A DNA stretch of 64,000 nt from an uncultured Pseudomonadota bacterium (GCA_903831455.1 CAIKXV010000296.1:3363-67362); one strand, 5' to 3'; shown: positions 31,085 to 41,408, numbered from the stretch's first letter. The notes: generated from the letters alone by a model not told the origin. Program-made: numbers and translations.

Positions 31085-32095
31085 CTATTCGGGCTTGATG
31101 CCGGCGTCCTTGATCACCCGCGCGAACCGGTTGGCTTCGCTGCGGATGAAGCGCCCGAACTCCTCCGGCGTGCTGGTGAGCGGCTCGACGCCGGCGGAGG
31201 CAAAGCGCGGCTTCATGTCGGCGGCGGTCACGGCCTTCGCGAGTTCGGTGTTGAGCCGGGCGATGATCTCCCGCGGCGTGCCGGTCGGCGCGAGCATGCC
31301 GTACCAGACGCTGATCTCGAAGTTGGGGAAGCCCTGCTCGCGGGTGCTGGGAACGTCCGGAAGGTCGGGGAAGCGCTGCGGCATCAGCACGGCCAGCGCG
31401 CGAACGCGCCCGGCGTTGATCTGCTGCACGGCCGCCGGGGCCGCGACCACCAGCATGTCGATCTCGCCGCCCACCAGCGCCGAGAGCGCGACGCCGGAGC
31501 CCTTGTAGGGCACGTGCACGATGTCGAGTTTCTCCAGGCTCTTCAGGAGCTCGGGCGCCAGATGCGTGGTGGTGCCGATGCCGCCGGATCCGTAGTTGAG
31601 CCGACCGGGGGTGCGGCGGGCCAGCGCCACCAGTTCCTTCAGGTTGCGGGCGGGCACGGATGGGTGGACCACCAGCACGTTGCGCACCGCACCCACGAGC
31701 GCGATGGGCGCGAGGTCCTTGTACGGGTCGTAGTTGAGGCGGCTGTAGAGCAGCGGGCTCAGCGCGATCACCGGCGAGCTCAGCACGATCGTGTAGCCGT
31801 CCGGCGCCGATCGGGCCGCCGCCTCGAGGCCGACGTTGCCGCTGGCTCCCGGGCGTGACTCCACCACGATCGGCTGGCCGAGCTGCTCGGCGAGTCGCGC
31901 GGACACCAGCCGGCCGACGATGTCGGTCGGGCCCCCGGGCGGGAACGGCGAGATCATCCGCAACGGCCTCGACGGATACTGGGCCTGCGCGTGGGCCATG
32001 GATGCCGCGAGCGGCGCGACACCGAACGCGAGGGCGACGACCGCGGCTCGGGCCATGCGGCCGGTGGGCCGCGGTGCGAACGGATCTCGATGCAT
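31085..32095 (-). CDS. Bug-family (TctC-like) substrate-binding protein, second copy
   Basis: 336-aa ORF. Signal peptide ending AHAQAQYP. PLRMISPFPPGGPTD..GR, HVPYKGSG. Confidence 0.85.
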   Translation of the reverse strand: MHRDPFAPRPTGRMARAAVVALAFGVAPLAASMAHAQAQYPSRPLRMISPFPPGGPTDIVGRLVSARLAEQLGQPIVVESRPGASGNVGLEAAARSAPDGYTIVLSSPVIALSPLLYSRLNYDPYKDLAPIALVGAVRNVLVVHPSVPARNLKELVALARRTPGRLNYGSGGIGTTTHLAPELLKSLEKLDIVHVPYKGSGVALSALVGGEIDMLVVAAPAAVQQINAGRVRALAVLMPQRFPDLPDVPSTREQGFPNFEISVWYGMLAPTGTPREIIARLNTELAKAVTAADMKPRFASAGVEPLTSTPEEFGRFIRSEANRFARVIKDAGIKPE

Positions 32096-32174
32096 GATTC
32101 CTCCGGGCGATGGCGAGTCGACCGCTCCGCGGAGCCGGCGGCGGCCGGCGCCGGGGAGCGCGGCGGCGCCTGTT

Positions 32175-32639
32175 CTAGTAGTGCGACTTGAAGCTGATCG
32201 CCTCGCGGTAGGCGAGATCCTCGAGGTCGATGTAGGAGCGCTTCGTCTCGCGGTCGACGGTGAACTGCATCTTGCGATCGGTCTCGTTCGTGGCGCGGAT
32301 ATCGAGCAGCTCGAGGTATTCCTTCACCTCCCACTCGTGCGCCCCGGCGATGCCCGCGGGCGCGTAGATCATCGAGCCGGGACCGACCTCGAAGGCGTCG
32401 CCGTTGAGGTTGCGTACCGTCGCCCGGCCCGCGATCACGTAGTAGCAGGCCTCGATCGGATGCCAGTGCAGCTTCTCCACCGTCCCGGGCTTGTAGGTGG
32501 CCCGGCCGATCCGCACCCGGTCGGTGGGCTGGATCTCCGGCCACCCCACCAGCCGCTGGTAGGTCTGGCCGTCCACGACACCGCGCCGACCCGGGCAGTC
32601 GGTTTCGCTCAGTACTCGCAGGGTGGGTTTCACGTCCAT
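32175..32639 (-). CDS. cupin domain protein
   Basis: ATG at 32639 preceded by GGAGGAG. Cupin motifs HWHPIEACYYVIAGRATV and PGSMIYAPAGIAGAHEW. It occupies the lower part of spurious track ORF 32175..33377. Confidence 0.75.
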   Translation of the reverse strand: MDVKPTLRVLSETDCPGRRGVVDGQTYQRLVGWPEIQPTDRVRIGRATYKPGTVEKLHWHPIEACYYVIAGRATVRNLNGDAFEVGPGSMIYAPAGIAGAHEWEVKEYLELLDIRATNETDRKMQFTVDRETKRSYIDLEDLAYREAISFKSHY

Positions 32640-32816
32640 CGTCGGCTCCTCCGCTCGCGGCTCAGGCGGCCGCGTCCGGCGGCGACGTTCCGCGAATTCA
32701 ACGGGCTTGTCAACGCGCGTGGCCGCACGGGGATGCACCGCGGGCCTGCGGTCGCGCACCGCGTCCTCGCCCGACGGCGCGCGCAGGCTTAGAATCGGGC
32801 TTTTGCCGAGGCTACC

Positions 32817-33362
32817 GTGATGGGCGCTACTCCTCGCGTCGGCGTCGTGATGGGCAGCGACAGCGACTGGGACGTGATGCAGCACGCGACGACGGTGCTC
32901 GCCGACTTCGGCGTGCCCTTCGAGGCGCGGGTCGTCTCGGCGCACCGAACCCCGGACGCGATGTTCGACTACGCCGCGCGCGCGCGCGAGCGCGGGCTCG
33001 CCTGCATCATCGCCGGCGCGGGCGGGGCGGCGCACCTGCCGGGCATGCTTGCCGCCAAGACCCTCGTGCCGGTGCTCGGCGTGCCGGTGCCTTCGCGCCA
33101 TCTGCAGGGCATGGATTCGCTGCTGTCGATCGTCCAGATGCCTCGCGGCGTGCCCGTGGCGACCTTCGCGATCGGCGAGGCCGGCGCGGTGAATGCCGCC
33201 CTCCATGCGGTGGCCATGCTCGCGGTGGAGGACAAGGGGCTCGCCACCCGGCTGCAGGCGTATCGCACGTCGCTCGAGCGCAAGGTCGCGGGGATGCGCC
33301 TGCCGGTGCCCGAGCCGGCGAAGCGCGGGGCCCGCGGCGCCCGGGGTGCCCGCCGATCGTGA
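32817..33362 (+). CDS. purE: N5-carboxyaminoimidazole ribonucleotide mutase
   Basis: 181-aa ORF. VGVVMGSDSDW, SAHRTPD, AGGAAHLPGM motifs. Confidence 0.95.
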   Translation: MMGATPRVGVVMGSDSDWDVMQHATTVLADFGVPFEARVVSAHRTPDAMFDYAARARERGLACIIAGAGGAAHLPGMLAAKTLVPVLGVPVPSRHLQGMDSLLSIVQMPRGVPVATFAIGEAGAVNAALHAVAMLAVEDKGLATRLQAYRTSLERKVAGMRLPVPEPAKRGARGARGARRS

Positions 33363-34528
33363 TCGAGCCCGGGGCATGGCTCGGCCTGCTCGGCGGCGGG
33401 CAGCTCGGCCGCATGTTCGCGATGGCGGCCCAGTCGATGGGCTATCGCGTGGCCGTGCTCGATCCGGCTGCGGACGGTCCTGCCGCGAGCGTTGCCGACC
33501 GGCATCTCCAGGGTGACTACCTCGACCCCGAACGCCTGCGCGAACTGGCCGACACCTGCCGGGGGGTGACGACCGAATTCGAGAACGTGCCCGCCGACAG
33601 CCTGAGGTTTCTTGCCGCCCGCTGCACGGTCAGCCCGGCTGCCGAGTGCGTGGCGGTCGCGCAGGATCGCCTGGCCGAGAAGACCTTCCTTTCGCGGCAC
33701 GGATTCCCGGTCGCCCCGTTCGCGGCGGTGAGCGGCAGCGAGTCGCTCGAACGCGCGCTGGCCGATAGTCCCTCGCTGCTGCCCGGCATCCTGAAGGCCA
33801 GCCGCTTCGGCTACGACGGCAAGGGACAGGCGCGCGTCGCCGATGCCGAGTCCGCTCGGGCGGCACTCGCGGCGTTCGCCGGGGAGCCGTGCGTGCTCGA
33901 AGCCTTCCTCCCGCTGGTGCGCGAGCTGTCGGTGGTGGTGGCGCGCGGATTCGACGGCGAGGTGCGCACCTTCCCGGTGGCGGAGAACCACCACCAGGAC
34001 GGCATCCTCGACGTGACCGTGGCGCCGGCGCGGATTCCGGGGTCGCTGGCCGCGCAGGCGCGCGAGGCCGCGCTCGGCGTGGCCGAGGCGCTCGACTACC
34101 GCGGCGTGCTGTGCGTGGAGTTCTTCGTCCTCGCCGACGGACGACTGGTCGTCAACGAGATCGCGCCGCGTCCGCACAACAGCGGCCACTACACCATCGA
34201 CGCCTGCGTGAGCTCGCAGTTCGACCAGCAGGTCCGGGTGCTGGCCGGTGCGCCACTGGGCGACACCTCGCAACTCGCGCCTGCGGTCATGGTGAACATC
34301 CTCGGCGAGGCGTGGCAGCACGCCGGAGGCGAGCCTGAATGGTCGGCCGTGCTGCGCGATCCGCGGGCGAAGCTGCATCTCTACGGCAAGCGTGAGGCCC
34401 GACCCGGGCGCAAGATGGGCCACCTGACCGTGCTGGGCGATTCGATCGAAGACGCGCTCGAGCGCGCGCTCGCGATTCGCGAGGTGCTCAAGCCCCTGCG
34501 CCAGCCGGCGCAGGCGATTCCCCGATGA
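33359..34528 (+). CDS. purK: N5-carboxyaminoimidazole ribonucleotide synthase
   Basis: 389-aa ATP-grasp ORF. GTGA overlap with pur[28 protein letters not shown]. Confidence 0.93.
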   Translation: MIEPGAWLGLLGGGQLGRMFAMAAQSMGYRVAVLDPAADGPAASVADRHLQGDYLDPERLRELADTCRGVTTEFENVPADSLRFLAARCTVSPAAECVAVAQDRLAEKTFLSRHGFPVAPFAAVSGSESLERALADSPSLLPGILKASRFGYDGKGQARVADAESARAALAAFAGEPCVLEAFLPLVRELSVVVARGFDGEVRTFPVAENHHQDGILDVTVAPARIPGSLAAQAREAALGVAEALDYRGVLCVEFFVLADGRLVVNEIAPRPHNSGHYTIDACVSSQFDQQVRVLAGAPLGDTSQLAPAVMVNILGEAWQHAGGEPEWSAVLRDPRAKLHLYGKREARPGRKMGHLTVLGDSIEDALERALAIREVLKPLRQPAQAIPR

Positions 34529-34562
34529 ACCTGCGCGCGGCCCGGCGCCGCGGAGAGCGACC

Positions 34563-35444
34563 ATGATCCCCGCCCTGCTCGAGTCGAATCTTTCCAGCCT
34601 GCCGCTGCTGCACCGGGGCAAGGTCCGCGACGTGTACGCGATCGACGAGGCGCGCCTGCTCGTGGTCCAGACCGATCGCCTGTCGGCCTTCGACGTGATC
34701 CTGCCCGATCCGATCCCGGGCAAAGGGGCCGTGCTCACCGAGCTGTCGCGCTTCTGGTTTGCCCGCCTCGCGCACGTGATCCGCAACCACCTGCTGCCCG
34801 ACGATCCGCTGTCGGTGGTCTCGCCCGGCGAGCGCGACCAGGTGGCGGGACGCTCGATGGTCGTGCGGCGCCTCACGCCCCTGCTGGTCGAGGCGGTCGT
34901 GCGCGGCTACGTGGCCGGGTCCGGCTGGAAGGACTACTGCGATACCGGGGCGATCTGCGGCATCGCGCTGCCGCCCGGCCTGGCCCAGGCCGAGCGCCTG
35001 CCCGAGCCGATCTTCACGCCGGCGAGCAAGGCCCCGAAGGGGCAGCATGACGAGAACATCGACTTCGCCGCCGCCGAGCGCACGATCGGCGCGGCGAACG
35101 CGGCTGCGGTGCGCGAGGCCTCGCTGCGGCTGTATGCCGAGGCCGCCGAATACGCCGGCACCCGCGGCATCCTGATCGCCGATACCAAGTTCGAGTTCGG
35201 CGTCGATCGGCAGGGAGGCCTCTGGTTGATCGACGAGGCGCTGACGCCCGATTCCTCGCGGTTCTGGCCCGCCGACGAATACCGGACCGGCATCAGCCCG
35301 CCGAGTTTCGACAAGCAGTTCGTCCGCGACTGGCTGGAGACGCAGTCCTGGGACAAGAAGCCCCCTGCGCCCCGCCTGCCCGTCGAGGTACTCGAGCGGA
35401 CGGCCGCCAAGTACCGCGATGCGCTGCAGCGGCTCGTGGGCTGA
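34563..35444 (+). CDS. purC: phosphoribosylaminoimidazole-succinocarboxamide synthase
   Basis: 293-aa [33 protein letters not shown]. Confidence 0.95.
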   Translation: MIPALLESNLSSLPLLHRGKVRDVYAIDEARLLVVQTDRLSAFDVILPDPIPGKGAVLTELSRFWFARLAHVIRNHLLPDDPLSVVSPGERDQVAGRSMVVRRLTPLLVEAVVRGYVAGSGWKDYCDTGAICGIALPPGLAQAERLPEPIFTPASKAPKGQHDENIDFAAAERTIGAANAAAVREASLRLYAEAAEYAGTRGILIADTKFEFGVDRQGGLWLIDEALTPDSSRFWPADEYRTGISPPSFDKQFVRDWLETQSWDKKPPAPRLPVEVLERTAAKYRDALQRLVG

Positions 35445-35474
35445 GTCGGCCCGCACCCGCGCCGATCGACTGCC

Positions 35475-36503
35475 ATGACCGCGCCGCTGCCGCTGGAGGC
35501 CGAGATCGAGGCGGCGGCATGCGCGCTCGCGCGCGGCGAGGTCGTGGCGTTCCCGACCGAGACCGTGTACGGGCTGGGGGCCGACGCCACGAGTGCCGCG
35601 GCCGTTCGCCGGGTGTACGCACTGAAGGGCCGGCCCGCGACGCACCCGCTGATCGTCCACCTGTCGGGTATCGAGCGCCTCGAGGACTGGGCGTGCGAGG
35701 TGCCGCAGGCCGCACGGCGCCTCGCGCGCGGTTTCTGGCCCGGACCGCTCACGCTGATCCTGCGCGCCCGCGCCGACATCGACCGAACCGTCACCGGTGG
35801 GCAGGACACCGTGGGCGTGCGGGTACCCTCCCATCCGGTCGCGCAGGCGCTGATGCGGGCTTTCGAGCGTTGCGGCAGCGGCGCGATCGCAGCTCCGTCG
35901 GCGAATCGGTTCGGGCGCCTGTCGGCGACCCGCGCCTGGCACGTGCGTGCCGAGTTCGGCGACGCGATCGCGCGGGTACTCGACGGGGGGGCGTGCACGA
36001 TCGGCGTGGAGTCGACCATCGTCGATCTCAGCACCGGTCGCCCCGTGCTGCTGCGGCCGGGCAGCATCGGTCCTGCCGCGCTGGCCGACGCGTTGGGCGA
36101 GTGGCCTGCTGCGCCAGGGGCCGACGCCCCGCGCGCGTCGGGGACGCTCGCGTCCCACTATGCGCCGCGGGCGCGCGTGATGCTGGTGGAGGCCGACCTC
36201 GTGGTCGAGGTCGCTCGCATCCTGCTCGCCGAGGGCCGTCGTGTCGCCGCCCTCGCCCGCGAGGCGCGGCAGCCGTTGCTGCCCGAGTTGCGCTGGCAGC
36301 AGGCGCCGCCCGACCCCGAGGGTTACGCGCACGCGCTGTACGACACCCTGCGCATGCTCGATGAGGCGGAGACGGAGGTCATCGTCGTCGAGCGGCCGCC
36401 CCCCGCCGAAGCCTGGCTCGCGATTGCCGATCGCCTGCAGCGCGCGGCTGCCGACCGGTCGGCCGAGGGTGGCGCGCGAGCCGGTGGCGAGCCTCGCTCG
36501 TGA
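35475..36503 (+). CDS. tsaC: L-threonylcarbamoyladenylate synthase (Sua5/YwlC/TsaC type with C-terminal Sua5 domain)
   Basis: 342-aa ORF. FPTETVYGLGADA, KGRPATHPLIVH, SANRFG motifs. Confidence 0.88.
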   Translation: MTAPLPLEAEIEAAACALARGEVVAFPTETVYGLGADATSAAAVRRVYALKGRPATHPLIVHLSGIERLEDWACEVPQAARRLARGFWPGPLTLILRARADIDRTVTGGQDTVGVRVPSHPVAQALMRAFERCGSGAIAAPSANRFGRLSATRAWHVRAEFGDAIARVLDGGACTIGVESTIVDLSTGRPVLLRPGSIGPAALADALGEWPAAPGADAPRASGTLASHYAPRARVMLVEADLVVEVARILLAEGRRVAALAREARQPLLPELRWQQAPPDPEGYAHALYDTLRMLDEAETEVIVVERPPPAEAWLAIADRLQRAAADRSAEGGARAGGEPRS

Positions 36504-37294
36504 CCTGGCTGCTGGCCTACGTCGCCTGCGGCGTCTTCGTCGGATTTCTCGCCGGGCTGCTGGGAATCGGCGGAGGCATGACCCTGGTACCCATCCTCGC
36601 CGCGCTGTTTGCCGCGCAGGCGCTCGCGCCGGATCATTCCGTGCACCTGGCGCTGGGTACTGGCATGGCCTCGGCCGTCTTCACCTCGTTCTCGAGCGTG
36701 ATGGCGCACCACCGGCTCGGTTCGGTCGACTGGGCGCTGGTGCGGCGCCTGGTCCCGGGCGTGGTCACCGGCACGCTCGCCGCGACGCTCGCCTCCGGCT
36801 GGCTGACCCAGGGCCAGCTCGCGGCCTGTTACGCCGCGACTGCGGGAGTGGGCGCTCTGCAACTGCTGCGCCGCGGTCCGCCTGCTGCGACGCGAACCCT
36901 GCCCTCCTCGCCGGTGCTGTTCGCGGTGATGGGCACGATCGGAATCGTCAGTGGCCTGCTGTCGGCCGGTGGAGCCTTTCTCACCGTGCCCTTCATGGTC
37001 TGGTGCGGAGTGCCGCTGCGCACGGCGATCGGGACCGGTGCCGCGCTGGCCTGGCCGATCAGCGCCGTGGGTTCGGCAGGCTTCGTCATCAGCGGCCTCG
37101 CCACGCCTGATCTACCTGCGGGCACGCTGGGTTTCGTGCTGCTGCCGGCCCTGGTGCCGCTGGTGATTGCCAGCATCCTGGTCGCGCCCTACGGCGCCCG
37201 CCTGATGCATCGCGTACCGCTGCCGCTGCTGCGACGCCTGTTCGCCCTGATGCTGCTGCTGCTCGCGCTGAAGATGGCGGTGACCTACCTCTGA
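36500..37294 (+). CDS. TauE/SafE-family sulfite/anion exporter (membrane protein)
   Basis: 264-aa polytopic ORF. GTGA overlap with tsaC. GLLGIGGGM.LVPIL and GLLSAGGAFLTVPFM repeats. Confidence 0.8.
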   Translation: MTWLLAYVACGVFVGFLAGLLGIGGGMTLVPILAALFAAQALAPDHSVHLALGTGMASAVFTSFSSVMAHHRLGSVDWALVRRLVPGVVTGTLAATLASGWLTQGQLAACYAATAGVGALQLLRRGPPAATRTLPSSPVLFAVMGTIGIVSGLLSAGGAFLTVPFMVWCGVPLRTAIGTGAALAWPISAVGSAGFVISGLATPDLPAGTLGFVLLPALVPLVIASILVAPYGARLMHRVPLPLLRRLFALMLLLLALKMAVTYL

Positions 37295-37361
37295 GGCGTC
37301 GCCGATCGGCGGCGCGGATGCCGATGCGCGGACGATCGCGAGCGGTTGGCTCGGACACCGC

Positions 37362-37388
37362 GCCCGCGCCGCAGCCGTCGGCGCGGGC
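37362..37388. terminator. candidate bidirectional terminator hairpin in a convergent intergenic region
   Basis: Perfect 9-bp stem GCCCGCGCC/GGCGCGGGC with a 9-nt loop. Lies between the TauE stop (37294, +) and the small ORF stop (37458, -). No U-tract. Confidence 0.3.
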
Positions 37389-37457
37389 CGTCGCCGGGGG
37401 CCCGTACGGGCGCGCGGCGAGGGCGGTTGCCGGTGACGTGCGCAGACCGGCCGTCGA

Positions 37458-37739
37458 TCAGCGACCGGACCAGCGCAACCGAAGGTCGACCAGATGCGCG
37501 GCAAGCGCGAGCAGCATGCCGCCGGCCACCAGCAGCGGCCGGGGCGGGTCGAGCAGCGAGGCCAGCAGCGCGACGAACAGCCCGGCGCCGGCCAGGCCCA
37601 TGGCCAGGGTGCTCCCCAGCGCAGGGCCGCGGTGCGCGAACACGCGCAGGGCTGCGAGCAGCGCGGTCTCGGCGAGCAGTGCGAGGAGTATCGCGCCGAT
37701 GACCGGTGCCGTCACCAGCTGGCTGGCGAGCGTCTCCAC
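37458..37739 (-). CDS. small hydrophobic protein (about 93 aa, about 3 predicted TM helices), function unknown
   Basis: GTG start 29 nt after the bchP stop. Strong GC3 bias in this frame. No clear RBS and no family recognised. Confidence 0.4.
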   Translation of the reverse strand: METLASQLVTAPVIGAILLALLAETALLAALRVFAHRGPALGSTLAMGLAGAGLFVALLASLLDPPRPLLVAGGMLLALAAHLVDLRLRWSGR

Positions 37740-37768
37740 GGCACCGCGCGCGATTCAGCTTCGCGGGC

Positions 37769-39013
37769 TCACGCGCGGACCAGCCCCAGCAGATGCGCGA
37801 GGTCCTTGAAGAAGATGCGTACCTGCGCCATGGGTTTGCGCCGGGTGAGCTTCTTGTTCATGTAGGACTCCCAGGTGAGCTTCTGGACGTCCGGGTCGCG
37901 GCAGATCGATACGAAGCGCTCGCGGCGTCGGTCGGAGCTGTACCAGAAGCGCTGCATGATGCCCAGTACCCAGAACACCCGACCGTGGGCCTTCATGAAG
38001 CGGCGCCGAGCGGCGCCCAGCGCCGAGGCGCGTCCGGTCTCGAGGAAAACCTCCACCGCGTCGGCGGCCATGCGCCCACCGGTCATCGCGTAGTAGATGC
38101 CCTCGCCCGACGCCGGGGCCACCACGCCCGCCGCATCGCCGGCGAGCACCACGTCGCGACCGTTGTCCCAGCGCGTCATCGGGCGCATGGGGATGGGCGC
38201 GCCCTCCCGGCGAACGGTGCGCGAGGAGCTCAGGCCGGCGGAGCGTCGCAGCTCGGTGGTCGCATGGCGCAGCGAAAACCCGCGCTGGGCGGTTCCCACG
38301 CCGACGCTGGTGGTCGCCCCGTGGGGAAACACCCAGCCGTAGAAGTCGGGCGAGAGCCGGCCCTGGTACCAGACATCGCACCGCGCCGGATCGAAGCGGG
38401 AACCCGCGGGGGACGGTTCCGGCGAGGTGACGATCTCGTGGTAGGCATAGACGAAGGGTGCGGGCGCGACGTCGGGCAACGCGTCGCGGGCAACCGCCGA
38501 CTGCGCGCCGTCGGCACCGATCACCGCGCGCGCGCGAACCGAGCACGACGTCCCGGGACCGTCGGGTGCGTCGGCGGCGCGCGATCGCCAGTAGACGACG
38601 GCAGTGCCGTCGGCATCGCGGCCGATCCGGTCGAAGGTGCCGTTGACCCGGTGCGCACCGTTCGCGCGCGCCCGTTCGCGCAGCCACTCGTCGAAGTGTT
38701 CGCGGTCGACCATGCCGACGTAGCCGTCCTCGATCGGCATGTCCACCTCGCGCTCGCTCGGCGAGACCATGCGCGCCGAGGTGACCTTGGCCACGAGTTG
38801 CGAGTCGGGCACCTCGAATTCGCGGATCAGCGCGGGAGGTACCGCGCCTCCGCAGGGCTTGATCCGCCCGGCGCGATCCAGTAGCAGCACCGAGCGGCCG
38901 CGCCGGGCGAGATCGTCGGCCGCGGTGGCGCCGGCGGGGCCGCCGCCGACGATCACGACGTCGTACTGGAGGAGCGTGGAGGCTGCGTTCGGTGTGGCGA
39001 GGGGGGTCTGCAT
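37769..39013 (-). CDS. bchP: geranylgeranyl diphosphate / geranylgeranyl-bacteriochlorophyll reductase
   Basis: ATG at 39013. YDVVIVGGGPAGATAA, RIKPCGGAVP, MVDREHFDEWLR. Located after bchG and the PucC-like gene, as in other photosynthesis gene clusters. Confidence 0.9.
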   Translation of the reverse strand: MQTPLATPNAASTLLQYDVVIVGGGPAGATAADDLARRGRSVLLLDRAGRIKPCGGAVPPALIREFEVPDSQLVAKVTSARMVSPSEREVDMPIEDGYVGMVDREHFDEWLRERARANGAHRVNGTFDRIGRDADGTAVVYWRSRAADAPDGPGTSCSVRARAVIGADGAQSAVARDALPDVAPAPFVYAYHEIVTSPEPSPAGSRFDPARCDVWYQGRLSPDFYGWVFPHGATTSVGVGTAQRGFSLRHATTELRRSAGLSSSRTVRREGAPIPMRPMTRWDNGRDVVLAGDAAGVVAPASGEGIYYAMTGGRMAADAVEVFLETGRASALGAARRRFMKAHGRVFWVLGIMQRFWYSSDRRRERFVSICRDPDVQKLTWESYMNKKLTRRKPMAQVRIFFKDLAHLLGLVRA

Positions 39014-39113
39014 GGCGATGCTCCCGGAGGGGGGGCCGACGGCGGTCGAGGGCGGGTGGTCGCGATTCTCGGAGCGGGATGCGCGCAGGGGAGTCGAGCC
39101 GAAGGCGCGGTCT

Positions 39114-40490
39114 TCAGCGTCCGCCGAGGCCGGCGGCGTAGTGCTCTGGAGACACCGGAAGCGCGCGCGAGCCGGTGTCCGGCACATGCGCGCGACCGAT
39201 GCGAAGGGCGAGGAGGGCCGAGACCACGAACAGCACGGCCTCCAGCGCGAATACCGTGGTGTAGCCGACGGCAGCCGAGCCGCTCGCGTGGCGGAACACG
39301 TCGCTCAGCACGGCGCCGACGAAACCGCCGGCACCGAAGGCGATCGCCTGCGCGGCTCCCCACAGCCCCATGCGCGTGCCCTCGCGATTGCGTACGCCCT
39401 CGCCCGCGAGCGCCATCATCGAGCCGATCGCGGCGACGGCGAAGGCGCCGTTGCCGGCGCCGAGCAGGAAGACGTTGATGACGAGGGGCCAGTCCTCGCC
39501 CGCGTGGCCGCCGACCGCAAGCCCTGCCAGGGCCAGGGCCGACGCGATGCAGCCGCCCACCGTCCATCCGGAGAGCGTGCCCAGCCTGCGGCCGCGCACG
39601 CCCCGACCGGCGAGCAGCGCGACGAGCATCATCCCGCACAGCACCCCCGCGTTCTGCTGGCCGGCGAGGCGGGTCGACTGTCCGGGCGTGTAGCCGAACA
39701 CGGTGCCGGCGAACGGCTCGAGGATGAGGTCCTGGGCGCTGAAAGCCAGCATCGACATGAAGACGAAGACCGTGAAGCGGCGGGCGCGGTGGTCGGACCA
39801 CACCTCGGCCAGGGCTTCGCGGAATGGCACCTGCGTGCGCGTGGGCGCCGCGCGGGTGCCGGCGCGCTCGACGCCGGCGACCGCGAGCAGGGTCACCGTG
39901 AAGGCGATGGCGGCGACCGTGGCGGCGACGCCCACGAGTCGCGCGGGGGAGAACGGGTCGAGGAAGTGCCCGGCGGTGGCGGCGGTGATGATGAAGCCGA
40001 CGATCATCATCATCCACACGATGGTGGCGGCGGCACCGCGGCGGGCGGGTGCCACCTCGCGTGCAAGCAGGGTGAGCAGCGCGGTCCCGGAGGCGCCCAC
40101 GCCGACGCCGATGAGCGTGAAGGCCAGCGCGGCCAGCGCGATGCCCGCCCAGAGTTCGCTGGCCATCCAGGCGGTGGCCAGCGCCGCGAGCGTACCGCCC
40201 GCGGCGAGCACCCCCATGCCGCCGACGATCCACGGGGTGCGTCGACCGCCGACGTCGGATCCGTAGCCCAGGCGTGGCCGCAGCATCTGGATCGCGTAGT
40301 GCAGTCCGACCAGCGCGCCGGGCAGGAGCGCGGGCAGCGCGTACTCCACCACCATCACCCGGTTCATCGTCGAGGTGGTGAGCACGACGATCGCACCGAG
40401 CGCAGTCTGCACCAGGCCGAGCCGCACGATGCCAAGCCAGCCGAGGCCGTGGGGACCGTCGTGGATCGGGGCGGGAGTGTCGTCGCGCAC
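39114..40490 (-). CDS. PucC/BCD-family MFS protein (Bch2-like)
   Basis: 458-aa 12-TM ORF. LVQTALGAIVVLTTSTMNRVMVVE and LRPRLGYGSD blocks shared with LhaA/PucC. Lies between bchG and bchP. Confidence 0.85.
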   Translation of the reverse strand: MRDDTPAPIHDGPHGLGWLGIVRLGLVQTALGAIVVLTTSTMNRVMVVEYALPALLPGALVGLHYAIQMLRPRLGYGSDVGGRRTPWIVGGMGVLAAGGTLAALATAWMASELWAGIALAALAFTLIGVGVGASGTALLTLLAREVAPARRGAAATIVWMMMIVGFIITAATAGHFLDPFSPARLVGVAATVAAIAFTVTLLAVAGVERAGTRAAPTRTQVPFREALAEVWSDHRARRFTVFVFMSMLAFSAQDLILEPFAGTVFGYTPGQSTRLAGQQNAGVLCGMMLVALLAGRGVRGRRLGTLSGWTVGGCIASALALAGLAVGGHAGEDWPLVINVFLLGAGNGAFAVAAIGSMMALAGEGVRNREGTRMGLWGAAQAIAFGAGGFVGAVLSDVFRHASGSAAVGYTTVFALEAVLFVVSALLALRIGRAHVPDTGSRALPVSPEHYAAGLGGR

Positions 40491-40497
40491 GGGGGAC

Positions 40498-41379
40498 TCA
40501 GCCGATGCTGGACTGGCCGAGGGCGAAGGCGCTCACGAGCATGCCCAGCACGTAGAGGCTCACGCCGGTGGCGTTGTACCAGGGAGCGCGGGCGCGGGGA
40601 TCGGCCAGCAGCCGGGCCATCAGCGCCAGCTGGGCGGCGAGCAGCGCGGCGACGACGGTCGCGTGACCCGGGTGTCCCCACAGCGCCAGCAGCCCGACGA
40701 CGGCCACCTGCGGCAGCGCCATCGCCCAGCAGGCCACGCGGGCGGCGCGCTCGGGACCGAGGCGAACCGGCAGCGAGCCCACGCCGGTCTGCCGGTCGCC
40801 CTCGACGGACTTGAAGTCGTTGAGCGTCATGATGCCGTGCGCTCCGAGGCTGTAGAGCCCGGCGATCGCGAACGTCCGCAGGTCGGGCACCGCGCCGCCC
40901 AGCATGACGGCGGCGCCCGTCACCCACGGCAGGCCTTCGTAGGACACCGCGACGGCGCTGTTGCCCCACCAGCCGTTCTGCTTGAGCCGTACCGGCGGTG
41001 CGCTGTAGAGCCAGGCGAGGACGAGTCCGATCGCTGCCGCGGCCAGCACGACCGGCCCCAGCGCGGCGGCCAGTGCAATCGACAGCCCAGTCCATGCGAG
41101 CGCGATATACAGGCCCCAGCGCCCGGGGATGCGACCCGAGGGAATCGGCCGTTGCGGCTCGTTGATCGCGTCGACGTGGCGGTCGTACCAGTCGTTGACG
41201 GCCTGGCTGGTGGCGCATACGAGGGGTCCGGCCAGCAGGATGCCGGCGAGCACCATCGGCCACTGGCCGGCCGCCGGGAGGCCGCTGGCCACCGCACCGC
41301 AGGCGAAAGCCCACATCGGCGGAAACCAGGTCACCGGTTTCAGCAGTTCGAGGACGGCCTTGGGCGCAGGGGTCGACAT
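40498..41379 (-). CDS. bchG: bacteriochlorophyll synthase (UbiA prenyltransferase family)
   Basis: 293-aa ORF. LLKPVTWFPPMWAF, NDWYDRHVDAINEPQRPIPSG, NDFKSVEGD. Confidence 0.92.
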   Translation of the reverse strand: MSTPAPKAVLELLKPVTWFPPMWAFACGAVASGLPAAGQWPMVLAGILLAGPLVCATSQAVNDWYDRHVDAINEPQRPIPSGRIPGRWGLYIALAWTGLSIALAAALGPVVLAAAAIGLVLAWLYSAPPVRLKQNGWWGNSAVAVSYEGLPWVTGAAVMLGGAVPDLRTFAIAGLYSLGAHGIMTLNDFKSVEGDRQTGVGSLPVRLGPERAARVACWAMALPQVAVVGLLALWGHPGHATVVAALLAAQLALMARLLADPRARAPWYNATGVSLYVLGMLVSAFALGQSSIG

Positions 41380-41408
41380 GACCCCACGTTACTGGCGGGC
41401 TGCGCGCG

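Noticed and set aside
23088-32639. Island as a mobile element or genomic island.
   Set aside because: The window shows no integrase, transposase, flanking tRNA or direct repeats at the borders. Codon style looks like the flanks by eye. I therefore describe it only as an accessory metabolic cluster.
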